This document shows positions 48,188 through 55,726 of a stretch of 64,000 bases of DNA, one piece after another (within the stretch, counting starts at the first letter, position 1; every line of letters begins with the position of its first letter). The notes beneath the pieces were generated by a model. That model searched no databases. It saw nothing but the letters and a program-made list of their open reading frames with translations, and was not told where the DNA came from. Source of the stretch: a virus; the IMG/VR virus record IMGVR_UViG_3300015371_000004, positions 1 to 64,000 of that record; one strand, written 5' to 3'. The translations under genes and the position numbers were made by a program.

Positions 48188-50231
48188 TGGATTCGAGAAG
48201 GGCCTGCACGCGCGCGATCTCCACGCCCAGCCGTGTGATGTCGCGACCATCGGCGGTCTGGGCCTGCTCGGTCATGAGGCGCGCCAGCTTCTTCCGGCGC
48301 CGTGTTTCGAGCGACCGCGCCCGTGCTTCGACACCCCAGACGGCTGCCGACGCCTTGAGCGGCGCCCCCGCCGACTTCTGGCCCGTGATGCTCGCGCGCT
48401 CGCCCCCACGGGTGAAGCCCCCACGGTTCAGGGTGGCGCGCGTGTTGGCCAGCCCGCGCCCGCTCACCGCCTTGGCGCTGTAGCCCATCTCGGCGCTCGT
48501 CTTGGTGACCTTCCGGGCATCGCTGTTCGTCGCGCCGCCGGGGCCCGCGATGGGCTCGGGCGCCTCCTTCGGCACCGACTGGAAGCCCTGCATCACGAGC
48601 GGATCCTTCCCGCGCTCCTGACGGATCGCCTCCTGCTCCTGCCCGTAGTCATACCCCGTGATCCCGACCTCACGTGAGGCCATGGTGGCCGACCGTTCCT
48701 TGGTGATCCAGTCCTGCGCCTCCATCATCGCCAGATCCTTGAGCTTGGCCGTCCGATCCTCGGCCGCCAGCCCCGGGAAGCTCACTTCGAAGATCGCCTT
48801 GGTCACCGGCAGCTTCTCAGTGTCCACCAGCCGCCGGTAGGTCTTGTGGAGCATCATCTCGATGACCTGCTGGTAGGTCTCGAAGTTCTTGACGTCCGGC
48901 TCGGTCTGGAGCAACGCGCTGGCGCGCGTCGAGGCCGAACTCACCCCCAAAAACTGCTCGGAAATTCCTGCGCCGATCGCGATGACCTTCAGGAGCATAT
49001 CGGCGTCGGTCTTGGCGTCCGACGCATCAGTCGACGCGTTCTTGTACTCGATCGCGATGGCGTCATTGTGGACGGCCACGGCCCCCGGACCCGGCGGCGT
49101 TGCAAACTGCTCGTTGGCCCGATCGACCTCGGACTTGCCCCCTTTGACCGAGACGTCGAGCGCGAACATCGACCGCATCTTGTTCTGCATGATGCGGTCG
49201 TCCATGAACTCCCGGAAGCGCAAGAGCCACCCGAGAATCGCGTACAGCTCCGACCGGCCGCGCTTCTCGCTCGACGACTTGTTCAGGGTGAAGTGGTCGA
49301 CCTCCTCGGCCGGGATATGGCGGATGACCAGAATCGAAGCGGGCACCTGCTCGCCGGGCACGATGATGGGCGACGACGCGACGTACTGCTGGTAGTAATA
49401 CTTCACGTCCTCCAAGTCTTCGAGGTTCGTGACGACGTCCCAGATGGTGCACGGGTCAATCTGCCGCTGGGTCAGCTTCCCCTTCACCACAAAATGCCGG
49501 TTGAACTGCTCTCCGTAGGTCATCAGCTCGCGAAGCCACGTCTTGATCCGGAGCGTCATGTCGTGGCGCAGCCAGAACTCGTCCCATGCCTTCTGATGAG
49601 CCGGGTCCGGCACGTCACAGGTCAGCCCCCGCGAGAGCACGAACTGCGGAACGATGTTGACGATCCGCTTGCCGAGCGGGTTGCGCGTCGCCGCGTCCCA
49701 GCATTTGACGTGCGCCGTCAGGTAATCGTGCAGCGTCTGCTGCTTGGCGTAGGGGCTGTTGAGCGCAGGCAGGACCGAGTCATGGATCGGGAACACCGAC
49801 CGCCGGTTGCCTGCGGCCTCATCCGGGTACAGCCCCGTGTAGAAGTCGTCCGAGGCGCCCGACTCCTTGAGCCGCGGATCGGTCTTGGCTTCCTCCCGCA
49901 GGCTCGCGTTCAGGTCCCGGAGCTTCTGCATCGAGTAGTGCTTGAGGATCCGGTCGCGCACCGGCTTACTCCGCGCGAACTCCCGGAAATTCTTGTAATG
50001 CACCAGCCGCCGGTTTTTGCCCGTGCCTTCGAGGACCTTGGCATTGATCCCCACGACCTTCGTCTGGACGTTCTGCAGCAGCCCTTCCATGACGGCATCA
50101 AAGGCCGGGAGGGCCGAGAGCCGGTTGACCCGGAGCTGCGGATCGGTCTTCTTGGGCTTGGCGTCGTCGTCGACCTCGCGCACGATGCCGAGGGCCGAGG
50201 CGTTCGGGTTCCGAATGGATGATTCAGGCAC
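48165..50231 (-). CDS. Portal protein
   Basis: NPLGKRIV..FVL, ELMTYGE, EKRGRSEL, GISEQFLG; after the terminase; SD aggag before GTG 50231. Confidence 0.85.
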   Translation of the reverse strand: MPESSIRNPNASALGIVREVDDDAKPKKTDPQLRVNRLSALPAFDAVMEGLLQNVQTKVVGINAKVLEGTGKNRRLVHYKNFREFARSKPVRDRILKHYSMQKLRDLNASLREEAKTDPRLKESGASDDFYTGLYPDEAAGNRRSVFPIHDSVLPALNSPYAKQQTLHDYLTAHVKCWDAATRNPLGKRIVNIVPQFVLSRGLTCDVPDPAHQKAWDEFWLRHDMTLRIKTWLRELMTYGEQFNRHFVVKGKLTQRQIDPCTIWDVVTNLEDLEDVKYYYQQYVASSPIIVPGEQVPASILVIRHIPAEEVDHFTLNKSSSEKRGRSELYAILGWLLRFREFMDDRIMQNKMRSMFALDVSVKGGKSEVDRANEQFATPPGPGAVAVHNDAIAIEYKNASTDASDAKTDADMLLKVIAIGAGISEQFLGVSSASTRASALLQTEPDVKNFETYQQVIEMMLHKTYRRLVDTEKLPVTKAIFEVSFPGLAAEDRTAKLKDLAMMEAQDWITKERSATMASREVGITGYDYGQEQEAIRQERGKDPLVMQGFQSVPKEAPEPIAGPGGATNSDARKVTKTSAEMGYSAKAVSGRGLANTRATLNRGGFTRGGERASITGQKSAGAPLKASAAVWGVEARARSLETRRRKKLARLMTEQAQTADGRDITRLGVEIARVQALLESSGPRPTE

Positions 50232-50238
50232 AGGTCTC

Positions 50239-51117
50239 CTAGCGCAGACGCCGCTCGCCGTACGGGTCCTTGCGCATGAACGCGGGATTGGCGTGCACGT
50301 AGAGCATGCCCAGCTCTTCAGGGTTGTCGCGCTCCCACAGGAGGCCATTGGCCAGCGAGCCCGCCACCGCGTCGGCCACGTCCTTCCGGCCGGGCTGGCC
50401 ATTTCGGAAGCGCTTCGGATGGTCGTACTTGAGGCCCCGGACCACCTCCAGCTCGCGCATCTGCTCGAAGAAGGGCTCGAACTCGTAGTAGTCGAGCTTC
50501 TCCTCGTTCAGGAGTCCGATGAGGGTGTCGTAGGGCAGGCGGTTCCGGTCGACCGAGATCAGCTCGACCTCATAGCCGTCCTTCTCCAGCTGCTGGCGCG
50601 CTTCTTCGGACTGCCAACCGTCGTAGCTCACGCGGACGATGTTGAAGTCGCGAACCTTATGGAGGTTGTAGACGAAGCGCTGGCGGAGCCCCGCGTAATC
50701 GATCTGCTTGCCGGGCGCGGGCGTGATCTCGACCATGAAATCGACGACCCAGCGGGTGGTCCCGGGCTCCCGGTGAGTCATGGCCACCCCGGTCCGGTCG
50801 TTGTTTTTCGACTGGTCCACGTGGACGAAGTAGCGGCGGCCGGGCACGCCCCGGAAGATCGGGGTGAAGGTTTCCTCGTAGGGGTCCCACGGGCTCTGCC
50901 GGGCCTTGTTGGCGAACCGTTCGAGGATGCCCGGGTCGCGCAGCGCCTTCATGGCGCCCTGCGTCTTGAGCAGGACCGACCCATAGTTCTGCCACGCCAA
51001 GACCTCGTTCTGGCGGAACTGCTCCGCTAGACTCTCGAAGGTGACCTTGGGGTTCAGCTCCCAGCTGGCGGCGATGACCGCGATCCGAGTGCCGTCATGG
51101 GTTCGGTAGACTTCCAA
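50239..51117 (-). CDS. Terminase large subunit, nuclease half
   Basis: SWELNP, FVHVDQSKNNDRTG, SYDGWQS, DHP..GRKDVADAVAG. Confidence 0.85.
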   Translation of the reverse strand: MEVYRTHDGTRIAVIAASWELNPKVTFESLAEQFRQNEVLAWQNYGSVLLKTQGAMKALRDPGILERFANKARQSPWDPYEETFTPIFRGVPGRRYFVHVDQSKNNDRTGVAMTHREPGTTRWVVDFMVEITPAPGKQIDYAGLRQRFVYNLHKVRDFNIVRVSYDGWQSEEARQQLEKDGYEVELISVDRNRLPYDTLIGLLNEEKLDYYEFEPFFEQMRELEVVRGLKYDHPKRFRNGQPGRKDVADAVAGSLANGLLWERDNPEELGMLYVHANPAFMRKDPYGERRLR

Positions 51118-51119
51118 TC

Positions 51120-51143
51120 AGACCCTACAACTTTGTAGGGTCT
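51120..51143. promoter_or_regulatory. 24-bp palindrome containing CTACA-N4-TGTAG
   Basis: agaccctacaa-ct-ttgtagggtct immediately upstream of the terminase nuclease start. Confidence 0.55.
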
Positions 51144-51157
51144 ACAAACCGAAGGGG

Positions 51158-51382
51158 CTATCTGAACCGGCCCGGGAGGGCCAAGCAGCGCTTGCAGGTC
51201 GTTCCGGCGCCCGCTCGCAGCTGCAGGTATGAGCGTTCGGTCCGGCGGCCGACGCAGCGCGGGACGATCTTCCCTTCGACGAACACGCCGTCATGCCGCA
51301 CGTAGTCCGATCGAAGGACGGGCGCCTTCGCGCACCGAGGGCCTTGGGCCTTGTTGAAGCGCTTCTCAGGGTTTGTCGACAA
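51158..51382 (-). CDS. Small Cys-containing protein
   Basis: PRC...TCKRC. Confidence 0.45.
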   Translation of the reverse strand: MSTNPEKRFNKAQGPRCAKAPVLRSDYVRHDGVFVEGKIVPRCVGRRTERSYLQLRAGAGTTCKRCLALPGRFR

Positions 51383-51839
51383 GGGTCACTCCCTTCTTGA
51401 GGGTCTTCGCGAATTCGACCACCGCAGCCCAGTCGGCCCCAGCGACCGCCTTGACCATCGTCTCGTCCCCGGAGAGGCCCATGCTGGCATAGGCGCCGAA
51501 GGCGCTCTTGATGGGCTTGTTGAACGTCACCATCCAGCTTTCGTAGGGCACCCCATTCGAGGCCCCGTAGCTGCCGGTAAACTCCGCCGTGACCACCGAC
51601 CTCGTGACGCCTTCGACCCTGACCAGCGTGCCGGGGGTCAGGTTCCGGACCATCACCGAGAAGTTGGCCTTGATGAAGGCATCGACGGCCGCCGAGGCCG
51701 CCGCCCCTGCCTTGCTCAGGACCGTCTTCCGGCCCCTGCAGCTGAAGCATGTGGTGCCATACGATTGGCAGTAGGAGTAATGGCCAGAGCCGCCGCACCG
51801 GCCGCAGGTCTTGGATTCGTATCTCAGAGTCGTCGCCAT
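51366..51839 (-). CDS. Zn-finger (CxxCxGxG) early protein
   Basis: CGRCGGSG..CFSCRG; SD ggagg after promoter. Confidence 0.65.
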   Translation of the reverse strand: MATTLRYESKTCGRCGGSGHYSYCQSYGTTCFSCRGRKTVLSKAGAAASAAVDAFIKANFSVMVRNLTPGTLVRVEGVTRSVVTAEFTGSYGASNGVPYESWMVTFNKPIKSAFGAYASMGLSGDETMVKAVAGADWAAVVEFAKTLKKGVTLVDKP

Positions 51840-51856
51840 AACCTCCCCACATCTAT

Positions 51857-51885
51857 TTAGACGTGTAATAGGGCTAAAAGGTTCC
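51857..51885 (-). promoter_or_regulatory. ECF-sigma-type promoter (GGAACC-N17-GTCTAA)
   Basis: ggaaccttttagccctattacacgtctaa. Confidence 0.7.
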
Positions 51886-51890
51886 ACTGA

Positions 51891-51904
51891 TTACAAAAGT
51901 GTAA
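51891..51904. promoter_or_regulatory. TTACA-N4-TGTAA operator-like palindrome
   Basis: ttacaaaagtgtaa between divergent promoters. Confidence 0.65.
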
Positions 51905-51905
51905 G

Positions 51906-51933
51906 GGAACCTTTTGGCGTAGAATACGTCTAA
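51906..51933 (+). promoter_or_regulatory. ECF-sigma-type promoter (GGAACC-N16-GTCTAA)
   Basis: ggaaccttttggcgtagaatacgtctaa. Confidence 0.7.
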
Positions 51934-52088
51934 ATAAGTGGAAGGGAGGTGAGACGATGAGTTGAGGTTCGGTAAGGCCCGGGGGTCGCCTGCGGGGGCT
52001 CCCGGTGGACTCTCCCCCTGAATCCCCGCCAACTGGCCTTCCTTGAGACAGGCCGCCGAGAACGCCCGGCGGCCCCTGCCGTATCTAG

Positions 52089-52117
52089 GGAACCTTTTTG
52101 CCGTATAATACGTCTAA
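52089..52117 (+). promoter_or_regulatory. ECF-sigma-type promoter (GGAACC-N17-GTCTAA)
   Basis: ggaacctttttgccgtataatacgtctaa. Confidence 0.7.
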
Positions 52118-52135
52118 ATAGGTGGAGGGTTCCTG

Positions 52136-52495
52136 ATGAAGATGCTGACGAAGGAACTGGCAAGCACGATTCCCCCGCTCTACACCAACGAGAACGTCAC
52201 GGACCCCATGGTGGTCGCCAAGTACTTCACCCCATGGTCGAACTGGACGTGGTACGTCACCGAGGGTGGCGCCCGCGTCGGCGAGAACGAGAACACGGTC
52301 CCGCTGAGCGAGGTCGCGAACCTCGACGCGGCCGACGTGCTCTTCTTCGGCTACGTCGAGGGCCTTGAGAACGAGCTGGGCTACTTCAGCCTGAACGAGC
52401 TGAAGTCGGTGAGAGGCCCGATCGGCCTGAAGATCGAGCGCGACCTCTACTTCACCCCGGCGCCGCTTTCAACTTTCAAGAAGGAGCGCACATGA
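52136..52495 (+). CDS. DUF2958-like protein
   Basis: KYFTPWSNWTWY...FFG...ELGYFSLNEL...IERDLYF. Confidence 0.8.
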   Translation: MKMLTKELASTIPPLYTNENVTDPMVVAKYFTPWSNWTWYVTEGGARVGENENTVPLSEVANLDAADVLFFGYVEGLENELGYFSLNELKSVRGPIGLKIERDLYFTPAPLSTFKKERT

Positions 52496-52626
52496 CCGTC
52501 TACGTCGTCAGCAACGATCTCAACGCGGTCGCGGTGTTCTCGACGTTCGAGGCCGCCTCGCGATACGCAGAGCCCCGCGGGCTGCAAATCACGATCTTCG
52601 AGGTCGACGAGAAGGAGCGCACATGA
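52492..52626 (+). CDS. 44-aa hypothetical protein
   Basis: MTVYVVS...KERT; flanked by 17-bp direct repeat agaaggagcgcacatga. Confidence 0.5.
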   Translation: MTVYVVSNDLNAVAVFSTFEAASRYAEPRGLQITIFEVDEKERT

Positions 52627-52832
52627 GAATCTACACGTCAGCCAATGACCCGCTCGACTTCTGCAAGCGCCACACCCCGTCCGAAAAGACCGCGGAGAAG
52701 CGGTACGGCAACGTCGGGGATGGCCCGGATGGCCGCGGCAATTGCTTCGCCTACGACGCCGAGCACCCCGACTATGATGGCGAGCACAAGTGCCGGTCGT
52801 GCGGGCGCGTGCTCGATGAGACTGACAGCTAG
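52623..52832 (+). CDS. Small Zn-binding protein
   Basis: DFC...HPDY...CRSCG. Confidence 0.55.
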   Translation: MRIYTSANDPLDFCKRHTPSEKTAEKRYGNVGDGPDGRGNCFAYDAEHPDYDGEHKCRSCGRVLDETDS

Positions 52833-52996
52833 TTGTCGGGCGGGAAGTCCGGCGAGACCTTGACCCAGCCCTGCTGACCCAGCTTCTGATCGCGCCACTC
52901 GCGCAGCGTCACCGTCTTGGTCTCACCCGTCTCCGGGTTCTGGGCTTCGTACGACTGTTCTTTCTCGTCGGTCGGTTCCTTCGCAGGATCGGGCAT
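52829..52996 (-). CDS. 55-aa protein coupled to the zeta-toxin gene
   Basis: MPDPAKEPTDEKEQSYEAQNPETGETKTVTLREW; TGATG coupling. Confidence 0.5.
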   Translation of the reverse strand: MPDPAKEPTDEKEQSYEAQNPETGETKTVTLREWRDQKLGQQGWVKVSPDFPPDN

Positions 52997-54111
52997 CAGA
53001 TTCCTCCGCTGGAGAGCATACTGCCCCGGCGCTGAAAACGCCGCTGGAAATTTTCGGCGTAGCGCTGGGCCGCCACGACTTCTCGATACGACCCGGGCTC
53101 GTCCGCCCGCCAGTACACCTCGTCGAGCGCCGTGAACCCCCAGACGTGCGGCGGCGCGACCTCGGTCAGCTTCCCGTGCCGGTTGAGCACGGTCGCCTTG
53201 GCGCCGCGGTTGTCGACGACGACGTACGCGTCGAACAGGTGCTTGACCTTCTCGAACGTCCGCCGCGGGCGCGTCCCGTACTGCTTGTCGTAGTTGGATT
53301 TGATGTAGCCGATCGGCACGTACCGGCCCTTGCCGGTCTCGGCCCGCTGCTTCATGTAGCGCTGGAGCGACCGGGAGACGGACGTGTTGATGTCGACGTC
53401 GGTGAAGCGCGCCTCCACCCGGTAGCCTGCCTGCTTGAGCGACTTGATCCGGCCCATGGCGCCGCCGCCGTAGCGCGCGGTCTCATAGTCGACGCCGCCC
53501 AGATCCTTCATGGTCGAATCGAGCACCATGTTGTACTTGTTCGCCCGGCCGATCTCGATCAGCCGATCGACGATGTCGTTCGACTCGTCGTGGAGGACGC
53601 TGGCGTTGCTGCCCGTCCACTCGGGGAAAAGCGTCTTGATGTCGTCGGAATTGATGGCCAGCTTGTTCGAGTAGTCGAGGCCCGCCGCGGCCGTCGTCTT
53701 CCCCGAGGCCGTCATCCCGGACATCATCACGGCCACCGGATGCTGCTGGGGTTCGAGGGGGTTGGTGCGCGGCTTCCAGCCTGCCTTGGTGACCTCGTGG
53801 GTCAGCACCTTCTGAATGATCTCGTCGTGGAGCTTCTGGCGCTCGGTCGTGTACTCACCGGTCTTCTCGTCGAAGTACTTCGACTTGGTCCCGCGAGGGC
53901 CCCACTCGGCGAGCATCTTCCGGTTGGCCAGCTCGGCCTGCGCGATCTCCTTGGCGTACTTGGTCTCTTCCGGCGTGTCGGCGCTCTTGCGGACCTGCGC
54001 TTCGAGGTCGGTCGCGTGGCCCGGCTCGCAGTCGCCGACGCCTTTGTCGGCAAACTTCCCATCACGTGGATCGTGACAGGGGTTGAATTCGCTGAGGGGA
54101 ACGAGGTGCAT
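52996..54111 (-). CDS. Tagged zeta-toxin-family P-loop kinase
   Basis: LSE-FNPCHDPRDGKF leader; SGMTASGKTT, INSDDIK, VLDST, GYRV, GRYVP. Confidence 0.8.
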   Translation of the reverse strand: MHLVPLSEFNPCHDPRDGKFADKGVGDCEPGHATDLEAQVRKSADTPEETKYAKEIAQAELANRKMLAEWGPRGTKSKYFDEKTGEYTTERQKLHDEIIQKVLTHEVTKAGWKPRTNPLEPQQHPVAVMMSGMTASGKTTAAAGLDYSNKLAINSDDIKTLFPEWTGSNASVLHDESNDIVDRLIEIGRANKYNMVLDSTMKDLGGVDYETARYGGGAMGRIKSLKQAGYRVEARFTDVDINTSVSRSLQRYMKQRAETGKGRYVPIGYIKSNYDKQYGTRPRRTFEKVKHLFDAYVVVDNRGAKATVLNRHGKLTEVAPPHVWGFTALDEVYWRADEPGSYREVVAAQRYAENFQRRFQRRGSMLSSGGI

Positions 54112-54115
54112 CTCG

Positions 54116-55180
54116 TCAGGGGTTCCAGCGGAACACGGCCGGATTTTTTCGGAACTCCGCTCGACGGCGCTGCTCTTTCCGCACCTTCGATGGCACCGCA
54201 GCCCACCGCTTGGCCTGCTCAGGCGTATCGAACTTCTTCAGCACACCATCCGCGTCTCTGACCTCCCACGGCCGTCTGGGCACGGGTGCCCACTGCAGCA
54301 TCAGGCCGCCATTGTCTAGGCTGGGCAATCCGTCAAACCGACCAAAGCGCTCACGCGGCAGGTCCGTCCGCTCCGGCTCCTCACGTGGCTGCTTCCGTCG
54401 GCGCCTGAAGTTCTCGCGCGGCAGGTCAGTACGCGCTCCGGGGTCTGGGTTCATCAACGCCCGGGACAAGCGAGCCTTCGGCTGGTCAGGCTTCACGATC
54501 TCCGCCCTCGCATAGTCGCTATCGTTGATCGACGCGAACCTGACGATGAACCCGGGCCGGTCGTACTTGCTGGCCTTCCGAATCGCGACGTCGTGGCCCG
54601 TCTGATTGGCACGTGCACGCGCCGCGGATGCCGCGTCATGGTAGCTGTCGAAATGTTCCCTCCCGGGCTGGTCGCCCCCACCCGTCGAGCAGAACTGCCC
54701 ACCATCCGGCGACCCACCCGGCTTGTGGCAATCGTTGGCCTCGGCTACCTTCGCGGCGCCCGGGGCGACGACGGACATGAACGGATCCTTCTTCACGACG
54801 TCGATCGCCTGCTGCCGGACCTGCGTGAGCGCCGCCAGCCGCACCGACTCCTCGTTCCGGCCATGCATGACCCGGAGCGCCTGCAGCCGGTCCAGCTCCC
54901 GGCGCTGGGTGGCCACGAGGTCGTCCACGTTCATGCGGCCACTCTTGACCAGATCGACGATGTCCCGGACGGCCGAATCAATGGGGCCCGGCTCGCGCCG
55001 TTCGAGGAGGGCCGTCCTCTTCTGGGCCTCCCGGTCCATGGCACAGCGAGCCATCGCCAAGGCGGCCGAGCCCGAGGGCCGCTTCTCCCGGCAGGGGCGG
55101 TCATCGGCCTGCTTCTGCAGCCACGAGTTCGAGGCGGCCGTGTTCGAGCCTTTGAGTGCTGCGACGTGGATGCGGCTCAT
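54116..55180 (-). CDS. Protein with internal NxCH...GGQFC tag
   Basis: KVAE-ANDCHKPGGSPDGGQFC; RTDLPRE repeated twice; start uncertain. Confidence 0.6.
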   Translation of the reverse strand: MSRIHVAALKGSNTAASNSWLQKQADDRPCREKRPSGSAALAMARCAMDREAQKRTALLERREPGPIDSAVRDIVDLVKSGRMNVDDLVATQRRELDRLQALRVMHGRNEESVRLAALTQVRQQAIDVVKKDPFMSVVAPGAAKVAEANDCHKPGGSPDGGQFCSTGGGDQPGREHFDSYHDAASAARARANQTGHDVAIRKASKYDRPGFIVRFASINDSDYARAEIVKPDQPKARLSRALMNPDPGARTDLPRENFRRRRKQPREEPERTDLPRERFGRFDGLPSLDNGGLMLQWAPVPRRPWEVRDADGVLKKFDTPEQAKRWAAVPSKVRKEQRRRAEFRKNPAVFRWNP

Positions 55181-55196
55181 GTTTGGTGTATTACCC

Positions 55197-55712
55197 CTAG
55201 TCCGAGGGCCACGGGGCACGCTCAAGTTCGTATTCTTCCCGGTCTCGCTCCAGACGCGACCGATGGATCCCCCGCCGATAGCTGGCTTTCGTCTTCCCGC
55301 TCCAGCGCCGATTCCGGTGTTCCGCGCGCGCCTGTTGGCGGTACTTGTCGAGCAGGTCCTTGCTCATCGGCTTCTCAGGCGTGCCGCGAGCCATCGCGTC
55401 CAGCGCTTCTGGAGACATCCCTTTGAGGGCCCTAATTCCATGCCGCTGAAGCGCGGCCAGCTGGGCCTTCAGGTCCGCGTAGATTTCCTGCTGATTTTGC
55501 TGCTTGCGCGCGGCCTGCCGCGCCATCTTCTCAGCCCTCCGCTGCTGATGGGCAGCGCCGCGCTGCTGGCGCGCCGCGCGCGCCCGGTCCACCGCGCTCA
55601 TCCCGGTCGACGCGCAGAACTGCCCGCCGCCCGGCCCGGACGGATTATGGCAGGGGTTGGCTTCGCTGAACGGACGTCCCTCGCTGGCGGGCCATAGTTC
55701 CCACATACTCAT
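55197..55712 (-). CDS. Tagged, highly basic (Arg/Gln-rich) protein
   Basis: PFSE-ANPCHNPSGPGGGQFC. Confidence 0.65.
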   Translation of the reverse strand: MSMWELWPASEGRPFSEANPCHNPSGPGGGQFCASTGMSAVDRARAARQQRGAAHQQRRAEKMARQAARKQQNQQEIYADLKAQLAALQRHGIRALKGMSPEALDAMARGTPEKPMSKDLLDKYRQQARAEHRNRRWSGKTKASYRRGIHRSRLERDREEYELERAPWPSD

Positions 55713-55726
55713 CCCTCTCGACAAGC

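Noticed and set aside
48165-50402. ORF-track upstream starts for portal and several others (28779, 39223, 40352, 57684, 36561)
   Set aside because: They overlap upstream genes; downstream starts with SD or translational coupling fit better
51957-52046. UGA read-through (selenocysteine or alternative code) of the minigene
   Set aside because: The read-through peptide is low-complexity and short, and TGA is the normal stop throughout the window
19226-55670. Tag repeats as a diversity-generating retroelement or CRISPR-like DNA repeat
   Set aside because: No reverse transcriptase in the window; differences are largely synonymous and not adenine-specific; copies are dispersed and in-frame
51118-55726. 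Group I/II intron or intein interrupting the terminase
   Set aside because: The gap is filled with intact genes on both strands and promoters; no intron core, maturase, homing endonuclease or intein termini were recognised
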